Counted from the first letter of the stretch, positions 1 through 9,058 are shown. The stretch: 32,000 nt of DNA from Pseudomonas sp. GCEP-101 (GCF_025133575.1 NZ_CP104011.1:3138965-3170964), one strand, 5' to 3'. The notes: a model not told the origin generated them from the sequence alone. Translations and numbers: made by a program.

Positions 1-392
1 GTCACCTTTGGACGGGCTGCAGCCCATCGTTTTTGTGCAGGCGCGCAGCGAAAAGGCGCGCTACCTGAGGCTTCGAGCACTGCCGGGAGCGCACAGAAGG
101 CGAAGTTTCCCGGTCGAAACCTGCCTACCAGCCTGCCAGAGCCGTTAAATATGTCAAACGAATTCGACGCGGGGCGTCAAAAATAATGGCCGAAATCCTG
201 CGGCGGGATATTTCTATCTGACTGTTTTTAAAGGGTTTTTATTAATTTCCCGGCGCTCTGAAAAGTCCATTATTTAAAACGCACGGTCATAATGGTGAAA
301 AATTCCGCACACTTTTTCACGCCGCCTGTGCAGGATCGGCAACGCCCGCGCAGGCGGCACGCTCTGCCGCGCGGGTTTGCCACGAGGGGCGA

Positions 393-2063
393 TCAGAAGC
401 ACTCGATGCGGTTGCGGCCGTTCTGCTTGGCGCGGTAGAGGGCGGTGTCGCTGCGCGACAGCGCGGCTTCGGCGGAGGTGTCGTGCGCTTCCAGCGCGGC
501 GATGCCGATGCTGATGCTCAGCGGTATGCGCTGGCCACCCTGCATCAGCGGCAGTTCCTGCAGCTGTTGTTGCAGGCGCTGGGCGAATATCTGCGCGGCG
601 GCGACGTCGGCGTCGCCCAGCACCACGGCGAATTCCTCGCCGCCCATGCGTCCGGCGAAATCCACGCGACGGATGTCGCGCCCGAGGATGCAGGCGAAAT
701 GGCGCAGGGCCTCGTCGCCCACGGCGTGCCCCCAACGGTCGTTGATGGCCTTGAAGTGGTCGATGTCGCACATCAGGATCGCCGCGTGACGCGTCGTCGA
801 GCGTTGCACGCGGCCCAGTTCGGCCTCGATCAGGCGCATGAAGTGGCCACGATTGGGCAGCTGGGTGAGGAAGTCGGTGGTGGCCAGCACCTGCAGTTCG
901 GCTTCGATGCGCTTGCGTTCGGTAATGTCGGTGATGAAGCCGTGCCAGATCAGGCTGCCGTCGGGCAGCCGCTTGGGGTGCGCGTTGCCCTGGCGCCAGA
1001 GGATGCCGCGCCCGGCGATCTGCACGCGGTATTCGTGCCGCCAGGGTTGCATCTGGGCGGCGGAGGTTTCCAGCGAGGCAAGGCAGGCTGGCAGGTCCTC
1101 GGGGTGGATCAGGTCGCGCAGGAACACCGAGTTCTGCTGCATCTGTTCGGCCGGCACGCCGTAGATGTCCATCACCCCCGCGCTGACGTAGGGGAAGGAG
1201 CCGGTGCCGTCGGGCTGGCGGCGGAACTGGAAGACCATGCCGGGGATTTCGTTGGTCAGGTCGGTGAGCAGTTCGACGCTCTCGCGCAGCTTTTCGGCCA
1301 TGCTGCGCAGGGCGGTGATGTCGGTGGTGGTGCCGAGCATGCGCAGGGCATTGCCGGCGGCATCGCGCTCGACCACCTTGCCGCGGCTGCAGACCCAGAT
1401 GTAGTGGCCGTCCTTGTGGCGCAGGCGGTGTTCCACCTCGTAGGCCTCGGTGCGGCCCTCGAAGTGCTCGCGCATGGTGTTCTGCACATAGTCGAGGTCA
1501 TCCGGGTGTACCCGGGTGTAGGCGTCCTCGATGCGGCTGCCGATTTCATCCTCGCTGTAGCCCAGCAGGGATTTCCAGGCGCTGGAGTAGTGGATCTCGC
1601 CGGTGGGCACATGCCGGTCCCAGATGCCGGTGCCGCTGCCGTCCACCGCCAGGGCCATGCGCCGCGCGCTTTCCTTGTGCGGTGAGCGGGCGCGGTCGAG
1701 CAGGGCCTCGCCCAGTTCCAGCACATCGCGCAGCAAGTTCTGCTGCTCCTGGCTGAGCACGTTGTCGCCATTGCCCAGCAGCAGCAACCGTGCCTGGGGA
1801 AAGCCTTCCGGGTCGCGCAGGACCCGGCTCGCCAGCAGGTTCAGCCGTTGCCCCTGATGGCTCAGCGGGCTGGTGGCGGCATTGAGTGACAGCAGGGTGG
1901 CGAGGGAAAGCGCACCGGCGCCGTCGAGGCCGAGTTGGCCGAGCAACTGGCCGTGCATATCGATAAGCAGCACGGCGCAATCCCCACCGGCGTGGCGGGC
2001 TAGCCGCAGCAGGCCCTCGTATCGCTCGTATTCCTTTACCCCGGGATTACTGGAAGTTCGCAT
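393..2063 (-). CDS. Sensor diguanylate cyclase (N-terminal sensory region, two PAS/PAC, GGDEF)
   Basis: ORF 393..2345. I chose the ATG at 2063 (MRTSSNPGVKEY) because the upstream extension is Arg/Pro/Cys-rich and shadow-like. PAS-like segments are present (GIWDRHVPTGEIHYS..., HKDGHYIWV, PDGSLIWHGFITDITERK). The C-terminal GGDEF domain has an intact GGEEF and an RxxD I-site (RRVD) five residues upstream. Confidence 0.85.
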   Translation of the reverse strand: MRTSSNPGVKEYERYEGLLRLARHAGGDCAVLLIDMHGQLLGQLGLDGAGALSLATLLSLNAATSPLSHQGQRLNLLASRVLRDPEGFPQARLLLLGNGDNVLSQEQQNLLRDVLELGEALLDRARSPHKESARRMALAVDGSGTGIWDRHVPTGEIHYSSAWKSLLGYSEDEIGSRIEDAYTRVHPDDLDYVQNTMREHFEGRTEAYEVEHRLRHKDGHYIWVCSRGKVVERDAAGNALRMLGTTTDITALRSMAEKLRESVELLTDLTNEIPGMVFQFRRQPDGTGSFPYVSAGVMDIYGVPAEQMQQNSVFLRDLIHPEDLPACLASLETSAAQMQPWRHEYRVQIAGRGILWRQGNAHPKRLPDGSLIWHGFITDITERKRIEAELQVLATTDFLTQLPNRGHFMRLIEAELGRVQRSTTRHAAILMCDIDHFKAINDRWGHAVGDEALRHFACILGRDIRRVDFAGRMGGEEFAVVLGDADVAAAQIFAQRLQQQLQELPLMQGGQRIPLSISIGIAALEAHDTSAEAALSRSDTALYRAKQNGRNRIECF

Positions 2064-2296
2064 CCGATAGCAGCTTCTCGACGGAGGATAGGCACGATTC
2101 TGCGTGATGGTCGGCACCGGACATGCGGCGAGCCGACGCAGTGGCTTTATGAAATCACGGCGGATGAGCGGCCACAATCTCCGCCTGCGACACGGACGAC
2201 GAACGTGCGTATCTGCCGGGTTGCAGCTGGCGGGCGGGCGGGTGCATGCGCAGTGGCCGATTCGGGCACCGGATAGGGATGACAAATGCCGGACAT

Positions 2297-2323
2297 AAAA
2301 AAAGCCGCTCCATGGGAGCGGCT
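2297..2323 (-). terminator. Rho-independent terminator downstream of the porin gene
   Basis: Perfect 9-bp stem agccgctcc/ggagcggct with a 3-nt loop. On the minus strand it is followed by a T7 run (A-run 2297..2303 on the plus strand). Confidence 0.6.
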
Positions 2324-2558
2324 CGGAAGGACGTCGAAGGAGCAATCACAATATCAACGTCAGGAGGTGTCTTCCGCCGGAAAAGTGCGGAAGCGGGAAG
2401 ATGGAGTTGATTCTAGAAAGTTGTCTGCGCGGGATAAACCGTTAATCCGGGAAGAGACTTTCTGCACGGGCGTAATAATCTCGCCAGAACGCGGGGCAAA
2501 CATTCAGATGAATCCGAAAGTTGCCCCGGTCGAATGAGCGAATAGTTTCCGCGCTGAA

Positions 2559-3887
2559 TTACAGGATCGACAGCGGGTACTCGACGATCAGGCGCAGTTC
2601 GTTGTTGTCGGCTTCACCCTGGTCGCCATTGGAGCGGTGGAACGCCTGGCGCATACGGAACGACAGGTCCTTCGCCGGGCCCTCCTGGACGACGTACTTG
2701 GCCTCCAGGTCGGTCTCGTGGTGCTTGCCATCCTCGCCGTACAGGCCGACGTACTGGCCGTTCGGGTCGGCGTGGGTGCCGTCGATGTTGTCGCCCTTGA
2801 TGTAGCGGGCCATGAAGCTCAGGCCGGGCACGCCGTAGGTATCCATCGCCAGGTCGTAACGGGCCTGCCAGGAGCGCTCGCCCGGGCCGTTGAAGTCGGA
2901 GTACTGCACGGAGTTGGCGAGGAAGATGGAGTCGCCGCCCGCGCCGGCACCGTTGTCGCCGAAGCCGACGTAGTCGAACGGGGTGTCGCCGTTGACCTTC
3001 TGGAAGGCCAGGGTGAAGGTGTGCGCCTGCAGGAAGGAGTAGGCGGCGGCCAGCGACCAGGTGGTGTTGCTGATCTTGCCGGCCTTGGCCTGGCCATGGT
3101 CGCGGGTGTTGTAGATATTGAAGTCGAAGCCCAGCGACTGGTCGCTGGTCATCGGCAGCAACCAGTTCACGTTGCCGTAGTACTGGCGCCAGATGTCCTC
3201 GAACTCGGAGCCGTACAGCGACACGTTGAGGTGGTCGGTGATGGCGTACTTGCCGCCGACGTAGTCCACGCTGTCGGCCTCGACGTTGGCGTAGGTGGCG
3301 TACAGGCCGCCGTCATGGCTGGTGGTGATCGGGCTGGTGCCCGCGGTGAAGTGGCCGGCTTCCACGTCCAGCCCGTCGATTTCGCTGCTCAGCAGGTTGA
3401 AGCCCGAGGCGGTCTGCGGGATCAGGCGCGAACCGCCGGCCGCGAAGACCGGCGCTACCGGCTGCATGTCACCGAATTTCAGCTCGGTCTTGGAGAGGCG
3501 CACTTTCAGCGCGGCGCCCGCCTTGCCGTAGTCGTCCTCGGGGTCGCCATGGTTGTCCACCGGCAGGTTGCCGGTGCCGGTGCGCCCGCCGCCGGCGTCG
3601 AGCTTGATACCCAGGTAGCCGAAGGCATCGACGCCAAAGCCGACGGTGCCCTGGGTGTAGCCGGAGGAGAAGTTCGCCAGGAAGCCCTGGGTCCAGTCGC
3701 GGTTGTCGTCGCGGCCGTTCTTGCCGTCGTGGTCGTAGTAGTAGTTGCGCAGCAGGATGTCGAACTTGGCGTCCTCGGCGAAGCCCTTGGCGTCGGCCTG
3801 GCTGGTGACGAAGGGTTCGGCGCTGGCGAACTGGCTGGCGGCGGCGGAAACAGCGAGCATGATGACGCTGCGTTTGAGGTGCTTCAT
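2559..3887 (-). CDS. OprD-family (Occ) outer-membrane porin
   Basis: ORF 2559..3977. Start taken at ATG 3887 (MKHLKRSVIMLAVSAAASQFASA signal peptide). It has typical OprD-family blocks (FDILLRNYYYDHD, GFLANFSSGYTQGTVGFGVDAFG, LKFGDMQP, SWQARYD) and the C-terminal ELRLIVEYPLSIL beta-barrel end. Confidence 0.9.
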   Translation of the reverse strand: MKHLKRSVIMLAVSAAASQFASAEPFVTSQADAKGFAEDAKFDILLRNYYYDHDGKNGRDDNRDWTQGFLANFSSGYTQGTVGFGVDAFGYLGIKLDAGGGRTGTGNLPVDNHGDPEDDYGKAGAALKVRLSKTELKFGDMQPVAPVFAAGGSRLIPQTASGFNLLSSEIDGLDVEAGHFTAGTSPITTSHDGGLYATYANVEADSVDYVGGKYAITDHLNVSLYGSEFEDIWRQYYGNVNWLLPMTSDQSLGFDFNIYNTRDHGQAKAGKISNTTWSLAAAYSFLQAHTFTLAFQKVNGDTPFDYVGFGDNGAGAGGDSIFLANSVQYSDFNGPGERSWQARYDLAMDTYGVPGLSFMARYIKGDNIDGTHADPNGQYVGLYGEDGKHHETDLEAKYVVQEGPAKDLSFRMRQAFHRSNGDQGEADNNELRLIVEYPLSIL

Positions 3888-4338
3888 GGATATTGCCCCT
3901 AGAGTCTTGGAGGGCCGGCTCGATGAGATGCGTGAGAACCGGACATTTTTATAGGCAGGCACAATGAACCCGAACATGGATTGACCACGACGGAAATCGC
4001 AGGAAGTTGCGTTGGCATTGTTGCTATGAACTTTTACCCGTCCGCTCCAGACCGGTAAAAGCCAGCGCCCATAATGCCGAACGAGTGCCCGATTTAAATG
4101 ACGGAATATGAAAAGGTCTATGTCTCAAAGTGTAATAATCCCTCGCTGAAGTTCAGTGGGGATAGTGCGCGCTCATGGACTGGAAGTATTGACTGACGAC
4201 AATACTCGCGGGCCCGCGCAAGGAGCTCCAAGAATATCGATGGGCATGGCGGCCGGCGCTGCGATGACGCTAAGCTGCGCGCCCCGGTCGCCGCACGATG
4301 CGGCGATGTGTCCCCCATCGATTGCAGAGATTTGTCCC

Positions 4339-4716
4339 ATGATGCCTACCTTCATTCCCGACGCGGACCCCGAATCCATCTCCTCCGACGTCGCCGGCTT
4401 CGGCGGCCTGCTGGTGTCCACGCAGATCCCCACCCGCGAGGACGGCAGCCTGGAACTGGGCGACATCACCGCCCAGAGCGAAGCCACCCTGCGCAGCCTG
4501 CAAGTGGCTCTGGAAAAGGCCGGCAGCGGCCTGGACCACGTGCTGCACCTGACCATCTACCTCACCAGCATGGCCGAGCGCGCCGCGTTCAACGAGGTGT
4601 ACTGCCGCTTCTTCGCCAAGCCTTACCCGGTGCGCGCCGCCGTGGGGATCGCCGAGCTGGCGGTCGAGGGCATGAAGGTCGAAGTCACCGCCATCGCGGC
4701 CAAGCGCGCGGGCTGA
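4339..4716 (+). CDS. RidA/YjgF/L-PSP family enamine/imine deaminase-like protein
   Basis: Internal ATG at 4339 (MMPTFIP) of ORF 4156..4716. The family signature is visible by eye (GDITAQSEATLRSLQVALEKAGSGLDHVLHLTIYL, RAAVGIAELAVEGMKVEV). The upstream part of the ORF looks non-coding. Confidence 0.85.
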   Translation: MMPTFIPDADPESISSDVAGFGGLLVSTQIPTREDGSLELGDITAQSEATLRSLQVALEKAGSGLDHVLHLTIYLTSMAERAAFNEVYCRFFAKPYPVRAAVGIAELAVEGMKVEVTAIAAKRAG

Positions 4717-4736
4717 TTCCCCGTCGTCGCTCGATC

Positions 4737-4765
4737 GGGCCGCTTTGCGGCCCTTTCTTTTTTTC
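4737..4765 (+). terminator. Rho-independent terminator after the RidA-like gene
   Basis: Stem gggccg/cggccc with loop ctttg, followed by tttcttttttt. Confidence 0.7.
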
Positions 4766-5108
4766 TCCCTTGCATGGTGACGCCGCGGGTTCGCGAGCAC
4801 CCTCGCTCCTACGAAGAGCAACGCGGATCTGTAGAGCGAGGCAGACGCCCAGCCCTTGCTCGCGAACCGCTCCCCTCCGATCCCGCCGCCCGAATGTATT
4901 GCTGTGTATCTGCCACTCCCTGCGCCGGTACACGCATACAAAAGCCTCCAGCCGCCGATACGCCCGCGATACATCGCCCAGGCGAAATAGCCCTACCCGA
5001 ACGACACGGCGCCTGGGCAGGGCAACCCCTCCAGCGCAGCGTCCCCAGGGATTCGCCCTTGCGGCATGACCCCGGCGCAGCCCGCGCCACAGCATCTGGA
5101 GAAGCACC

Positions 5109-5627
5109 ATGACCCGTACCTCGAAGACTCAACTGGGCCTGCTCGCTGTCGCCCTGGCCGGTAGCCTGAACCTGGCATCCTCCGCCTTCGCTGTCGAAGC
5201 CCTGCCCCAGGGCTACCAACTGGCCTCTGCCGCCAAGGCGGGCGAAGGCAAATGTGGCGAGGGCAAGTGCGGCGCCAACCAGACCAAGGCCAAGGCCAGC
5301 CAGGGCGAAGGCAAGTGTGGCGAAGGCAAATGCGGCGCCGACGGTGCCCAGGCCAAGGCCAGCGGTGCGGAAGGCAAGTGCGGTGAAGGCAAATGTGGCG
5401 ATGCCTCCTTCGCCCGTACCGACGCCGACCACGACGGCCGTGTCTCCCGCGCCGAACTGCTGGCCGTGGCGCCCAAGGCCAATGCCGAGTTCGATGCCAT
5501 CGACGCCAACCACGACGGCTACCTCTCCGAGGCTGAGGTCTACCAGTTCCGCAAGCACCAGTTCGATTCCAACGGCAAACCCTTCCCGTCCGACCTGTAC
5601 AGCAAGCTGAGCCAGGCCAGGAACTGA
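5109..5627 (+). CDS. Secreted EGKCG-repeat protein with a C-terminal EF-hand pair (candidate MNIO substrate)
   Basis: SD ggagaag lies upstream of ATG 5109. Sec signal peptide ends in AFA. There are six EGKCG motifs arranged as three [10 protein letters not shown] doublets (nt 5241..5400). Two canonical EF-hand loops follow ([26 protein letters not shown]). Confidence 0.85.
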   Translation: MTRTSKTQLGLLAVALAGSLNLASSAFAVEALPQGYQLASAAKAGEGKCGEGKCGANQTKAKASQGEGKCGEGKCGADGAQAKASGAEGKCGEGKCGDASFARTDADHDGRVSRAELLAVAPKANAEFDAIDANHDGYLSEAEVYQFRKHQFDSNGKPFPSDLYSKLSQARN

Positions 5628-5688
5628 GCCGAGCCGACCACCTCCCCGCGCCGCCGGCCGGGGAGGGCACTTCGCCAAGGAGACCGCC

Positions 5689-6534
5689 ATGAGCACCACC
5701 GCACCCCTACAGGGGGCAGGCCTGGGCCTGCGCCGCGCCCTGCTGCCCGACCTGCTGACCCTGGACGACCGCGCCGTGGACTTCCTCGAAGTCGCCCCGG
5801 ACAACTGGATCGGCGTGGGCGGCACCTACGGCGAAGGGTTGGCCCGCCTGGCCGAGCGCTTCCCGCTGTCCTGCCATGGCCTGTCGCTGTCCCTCGGTGG
5901 CCCGGAGCCGCTGGACCACGTGTTCCTCGGCCGCATCCGCGAGTTCCTCGACCAGCACCAGGTGCCGCTGTTCAGCGAACACCTGAGCTACTGCTCCGAC
6001 GAAGGCCACCTCTACGACCTGATTCCCATGCCCTTCACCGACGAGGCCGTGCGCCACATCGCCGGGCGCATCCGCGAAGTGCAGGACGCCCTCGGCCGCC
6101 GTATCGCGGTGGAGAACATCTCCTACTACGCCGCGCCCTACCAGGCGCTGAGCGAAATCGACTTCCTCCGCGCCGTGCTCGGCGAGGCCGACTGCGACCT
6201 GCTGCTGGACGTCAACAACCTCTACGTCAATGCCCACAACCACGGCTACGACGCCGCCGATTTCCTGGCCCGCGTGCCGGCCGAGCGCGTCGTCTGCCTG
6301 CATGTCGCCGGGCACTACGACGAAGCGCCGGACCTGAAGATCGATACCCATGGCGCCGAGGTGAAGGACGACGTCTGGAGCCTGCTGGCCAGCGCCTACC
6401 AGTACCTGGGCACGGTGCCGACCCTGCTCGAGCGTGATTTCAACCTGCCGCCGCTGGCCGAACTGCTCGGCGAAGTGAACACCATCCGCCGCCTGCAAGC
6501 CGCCGCGCGCCGGCCGGAGGTGCGCCATGGCTGA
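5689..6534 (+). CDS. DUF692 / MNIO-family (MbnB-like TIM-barrel) enzyme
   Basis: Hallmark DUF692 blocks are present: [69 protein letters not shown]. It lies immediately downstream of the Cys-repeat protein. Confidence 0.85.
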   Translation: MSTTAPLQGAGLGLRRALLPDLLTLDDRAVDFLEVAPDNWIGVGGTYGEGLARLAERFPLSCHGLSLSLGGPEPLDHVFLGRIREFLDQHQVPLFSEHLSYCSDEGHLYDLIPMPFTDEAVRHIAGRIREVQDALGRRIAVENISYYAAPYQALSEIDFLRAVLGEADCDLLLDVNNLYVNAHNHGYDAADFLARVPAERVVCLHVAGHYDEAPDLKIDTHGAEVKDDVWSLLASAYQYLGTVPTLLERDFNLPPLAELLGEVNTIRRLQAAARRPEVRHG

Positions 6535-7300
6535 GACCCTGCGCGACCAGCAACTGCGCATGACCCGCTACATCCGTGACCCGCAGGCCAACGAGCCGCC
6601 GCCCGGCATCGAGGCGCGGCGCCTGGCGGTGTACCGGCAATTGTTCTTCGGCAACCTGCAGTCGCTACTCGCCGGCAACTTCCCGGTGCTGCACGCCAGC
6701 CTGGCGCGCGAGCACTGGCAGGCGCTGACCGAGGACTTCTACGCGGCCTTCCGCTGCCAGACGCCGCTGTTCACCGAGGTTGCCGGCGAGTTCGTCGAAT
6801 ATCTGGAGGGGCGCACCGATCAGCCCGGCTGGGTGGCGGAACTGGCGCACTACGAGTTCATCGAGACGGCGCTGCTGCTCAGCGACAACGCCGAGCCACC
6901 CCATGATCCGCACGGTGACCTGCTCGACGGCGTGCCGCTGCTTTCCAGCCTTGCCGTGCCGCTGGCCTACGCCTGGCCGGTCAGCCATATCGGCCCCGAG
7001 CACCTCCCGTCGCAGGCGCCGGCCGAGCCGACATTGCTGCTGGCGCGCCGGGATACCGACCTGAAGGTGTACTTCTCGCGTCTGGCACCGCTGGCCCATG
7101 CGCTGCTGGTGTCGCTGCAACAGTGGCAGCTCACCGGGCGCCAACACCTCACGGCGCTGGCGGAAATTGCCGGCGTCGAAGCGGCCGCCATCGAAGCGCA
7201 GGGCATCGCCCTGCTGCGCAGCCTGAAAGAACAGGGCGTGGTGCTCGGCACCCGCCCCAACTGCACCACCCCCCGTCGTCCCCTCTTGCACCGCCCCTGA
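6527..7300 (+). CDS. DUF2063-family partner protein of the DUF692 enzyme
   Basis: 8-nt overlap (ATGGCTGA) with the DUF692 gene. The N-terminal pattern is typical of DUF2063 (FRRYIRDP-like [25 protein letters not shown]). The DUF692+DUF2063 pairing is the conserved operon architecture. Confidence 0.75.
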   Translation: MAETLRDQQLRMTRYIRDPQANEPPPGIEARRLAVYRQLFFGNLQSLLAGNFPVLHASLAREHWQALTEDFYAAFRCQTPLFTEVAGEFVEYLEGRTDQPGWVAELAHYEFIETALLLSDNAEPPHDPHGDLLDGVPLLSSLAVPLAYAWPVSHIGPEHLPSQAPAEPTLLLARRDTDLKVYFSRLAPLAHALLVSLQQWQLTGRQHLTALAEIAGVEAAAIEAQGIALLRSLKEQGVVLGTRPNCTTPRRPLLHRP

Positions 7301-7312
7301 AGGAGAAGCGCC

Positions 7313-7735
7313 ATGACCGACACCCTCGCAACCGTGATCTACACCGCCCACACCCACACCACCGGCGGCCGCGACGGCCGCGGCCAGACCGCCGACGGCG
7401 AGCTGGACCTGCCCCTGAGCCCGCCCGGTTCGGGCCGCCCCGGCACGAACCCCGAGCAGCTGTTCGCCATCGGCTGGTCCGCCTGCTTCATCGGCGCCCT
7501 GCGTCGCACCGGGCAGAAACTGAACCTGCGCCTGCCGGCCGACGTGGCGGTGAGCGCCGACGTGTCCCTGGGCAACACCGCCGACGGCGGCTTCGCCCTG
7601 GCCGCCCAACTCACCGTGCACCTGCCGGGGCTGGCCGCCGAGGACAAGGCGAAACTGGTGGAAGAAGCGCACCAGATCTGCCCGTACTCCAAAGCTACCC
7701 GCGGCAATATCGAGGTAGGGTTCGTCATTCCCTGA
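7313..7735 (+). CDS. ohr: Ohr/OsmC-family organic hydroperoxide reductase
   Basis: Strong Ohr pattern: TTGGRDG, GTNPEQLFAIGWSACF (first catalytic Cys) and ICPYSKATRGNIEV (second Cys). Begins 13 nt after the DUF2063 stop. Confidence 0.85.
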   Translation: MTDTLATVIYTAHTHTTGGRDGRGQTADGELDLPLSPPGSGRPGTNPEQLFAIGWSACFIGALRRTGQKLNLRLPADVAVSADVSLGNTADGGFALAAQLTVHLPGLAAEDKAKLVEEAHQICPYSKATRGNIEVGFVIP

Positions 7736-7757
7736 TCGATCCCTTCTCACCGCGCAG

Positions 7758-7791
7758 CCCGTGCACCTTCATCGGTGCGCGGGTTTTTTTT
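7758..7791 (+). terminator. Rho-independent terminator ending the EGKCG-MNIO-ohr operon
   Basis: 10-bp stem cccgtgcacc/ggtgcgcggg (one G-U pair), loop ttcatc, then T8. Confidence 0.8.
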
Positions 7792-7819
7792 GTGTCTCAT
7801 CGGCGCGCGAGGTGCTTCC

Positions 7820-7869
7820 CTGTAGGAGCGGGCCATGCCCGCGATCGCGCCCATGGGGCGCTCCTGCAG
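7820..7869. repeat. REP-like palindromic element (copy 1)
   Basis: ctgtaggagcg ... cgctcctgcag inverted termini. It shares an identical 24-mer tgtaggagcgggccatgcccgcga (7821..7844) with 8406..8429. Confidence 0.6.
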
Positions 7870-8069
7870 GTTGGCGCCGGTATTCCCGACCGCGTAGGCG
7901 CGGACTTTGTCCGCGATGCTTTTGCTTCGGGCTGGGAGTTTTTGCGCCGCCTCGGTTTGCGCGTAGGCTTCATGTTTCGCCCCCTCGGGCGAGTTACTTT
8001 TCCAAACGCCGAAAAATAACCAAAAGGCTTGCCCCGGACATCCGGTTTTTCGCTTGGGGCGAAAAATGC

Positions 8070-8178
8070 CCTCGTTGAACCGCAGTTTCAGGGGCCCGCC
8101 GCGAAGGGCCATCCCTGGCCCATCGCGGCTCTCGCGACATCCATGTCGCTCAACCCCTGAAACTCCGCTTCAACGAGG
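8070..8178. repeat. 109-bp structured element bounded by 25-bp imperfect inverted repeats
   Basis: The arms are cctcgttgaaccgcagtttcagggg (8070..8094) and cccctgaaactccgcttcaacgagg (8154..8178), complementary at 23/25 positions. An internal palindrome gcgacatccatgtcgc sits at 8134..8149. Confidence 0.45.
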
Positions 8179-8231
8179 CCTCCTGAACGGGGCATTCGGA
8201 GCATGCGGATGCTCTTCTGGACGTCTTGAGT

Positions 8232-8264
8232 AGCCAAAGCCAAAGCCAAAGCCAAAGCCAAAGC
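8232..8264. repeat. Hexanucleotide microsatellite (AGCCAA)x5.5
   Basis: Direct reading: agccaa repeated five times plus agc, in an intergenic position. Confidence 0.9.
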
Positions 8265-8275
8265 TAGGGCTGCAC

Positions 8276-8351
8276 GTAGGGCGAATAACCCGGAACGGGT
8301 TATCCGCCGATACCTCGACGGCGGATAACGCTGGCGCGTTATGCGCCCTAC
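8276..8351. repeat. Nested palindromic REP-like unit
   Basis: Outer inverted repeat gtagggcgaataac / gttatgcgccctac. Inner inverted repeat gttatccgcc / ggcggataac. Confidence 0.6.
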
Positions 8352-8404
8352 GATCGCTGCGGCGGTGTCCGGACTGGCATGAAACCCCGAGGGTAATTCG
8401 CACC

Positions 8405-8463
8405 TTGTAGGAGCGGGCCATGCCCGCGAACGGCGGACGAAGTCCGCGTTCAACCTCCTGCAC
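8405..8463. repeat. REP-like palindromic element (copy 2)
   Basis: Same 24-mer as copy 1 at 8406..8429. The matching ctcctgca arm is at 8455..8462. Confidence 0.6.
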
Positions 8464-8478
8464 CGACTTCCCGCAGAC

Positions 8479-8513
8479 AAACAAAAACGCCCTCTCCACA
8501 GGGAGAGGGCGTT
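8479..8513 (-). terminator. Rho-independent terminator after the DoxX gene
   Basis: 12-bp perfect stem aacgccctctcc/ggagagggcgtt, loop acag. On the minus strand it is followed by tttttgttt. Confidence 0.75.
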
Positions 8514-8542
8514 GCGGGTCTAGCAGACGAATGGCCAGCCGA

Positions 8543-9058
8543 TCAGGCGCTCCGCGAAGCCCCCTGGACTCGCCGCACCACTCCATCCAGGCTCAACGCC
8601 CCGGCCCCCTTGAGTGCCAGCGGCAGCAGCGCCACCAGGTAGATCAGCGGCAGCTTGTAGTTGCCAAAACCATGGTCGGTGATCGAGTAGCCCTGGGCCA
8701 GTTCCGCCAGGCTCGACCACTGTGCCGGCCAGTGCACCGCGGCAATCGCGACGAGGGTCACGACGATCAGCGAGGCCGAGGCGAAGCGGGTGGCCAGGCC
8801 GAGCAGGAGCAATACCGGCGCGATCAGTTCGGCCCACATCGACACCTGCCAGTCGAAGCCGGCGGAGAAGTGGTTGAAGGGGAAAGGGAAGTTGGCGTGG
8901 ATCTGTTCGAACCAGTTGTCACCGTGCCATTTCTCCAGGCCCGACTCGAAGAATTCCCAGGCCAGGAACAGCCGCAGCGGGATGTCCCAGCCCCAGGCGG
9001 CGAGGCGGTCGAGTTGGGCGAAAACGGTCTTGATCGGGTTCAGGGTCAGCAGGGTCAT
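8543..9058 (-). CDS. DoxX-family inner-membrane protein
   Basis: ATG at 9058 (MTLLTLNPIK) within the long shadow-extended ORF 8543..9730. 171 aa with four hydrophobic segments and DoxX-like RLFLAWEFFESGLEKW and LLLLGLATRFASASL blocks. Confidence 0.85.
   Translation of the reverse strand: MTLLTLNPIKTVFAQLDRLAAWGWDIPLRLFLAWEFFESGLEKWHGDNWFEQIHANFPFPFNHFSAGFDWQVSMWAELIAPVLLLLGLATRFASASLIVVTLVAIAAVHWPAQWSSLAELAQGYSITDHGFGNYKLPLIYLVALLPLALKGAGALSLDGVVRRVQGASRSA

Noticed and set aside
1-392. AT-rich stretch 150..330 downstream of the first cyclase gene, considered as an sRNA or a promoter for an off-window gene
   Set aside because: I found no convincing hairpin-plus-T-run, ORF or conserved box. 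There is insufficient evidence without flanking sequence or expression data.
483-1685. 400-aa plus-strand ORF (and other ORFs 445..2298) overlapping the PAS-GGDEF gene
   Set aside because: It is antisense or off-frame to a gene with clear PAS and GGEEF motifs. Its composition is Ala/Gly/Val/His-rich and low in complexity, typical of shadow ORFs in high-GC DNA.
2637-3902. 421-aa plus-strand ORF opposite the porin gene
   Set aside because: It is a mirror frame of a well-supported OprD-family gene. It has no motifs and a Val/Ala/Gly-rich shadow composition.
4788-4868. Perfect 12-bp inverted repeat ggttcgcgagca / tgctcgcgaacc with a 57-bp spacer upstream of the EGKCG gene, considered as a regulator binding site
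   Set aside because: The spacer is too long for a typical operator, and the sequence resembles the REP-type GC-rich palindromes seen elsewhere in the window. I kept it only as a note. It could be revisited if a regulator motif search is run.
4809-5825. 338-aa and 225-aa minus-strand ORFs across the EGKCG gene
   Set aside because: Their repeats (ALAFA, GLGLG) are simply the antisense image of the EGKCG repeats. The plus-strand gene has an SD, a signal peptide and EF-hand loops.
6665-8112. Long ORFs 6665..7750 (-), 7123..8019 (+), 7747..8112 (-), 8088..8586 (-) and 8420..9274 (+)
   Set aside because: They are Arg/Pro/Gly-rich translations. They run antisense to the DUF2063, ohr and doxX genes, or straight through REP palindromes and terminators. 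None has a start context or domain pattern.
8232-8264. Possible CRISPR-like or coding repeat
   Set aside because: It is a 6-bp unit with no spacers, so it is a simple microsatellite and not a CRISPR array.
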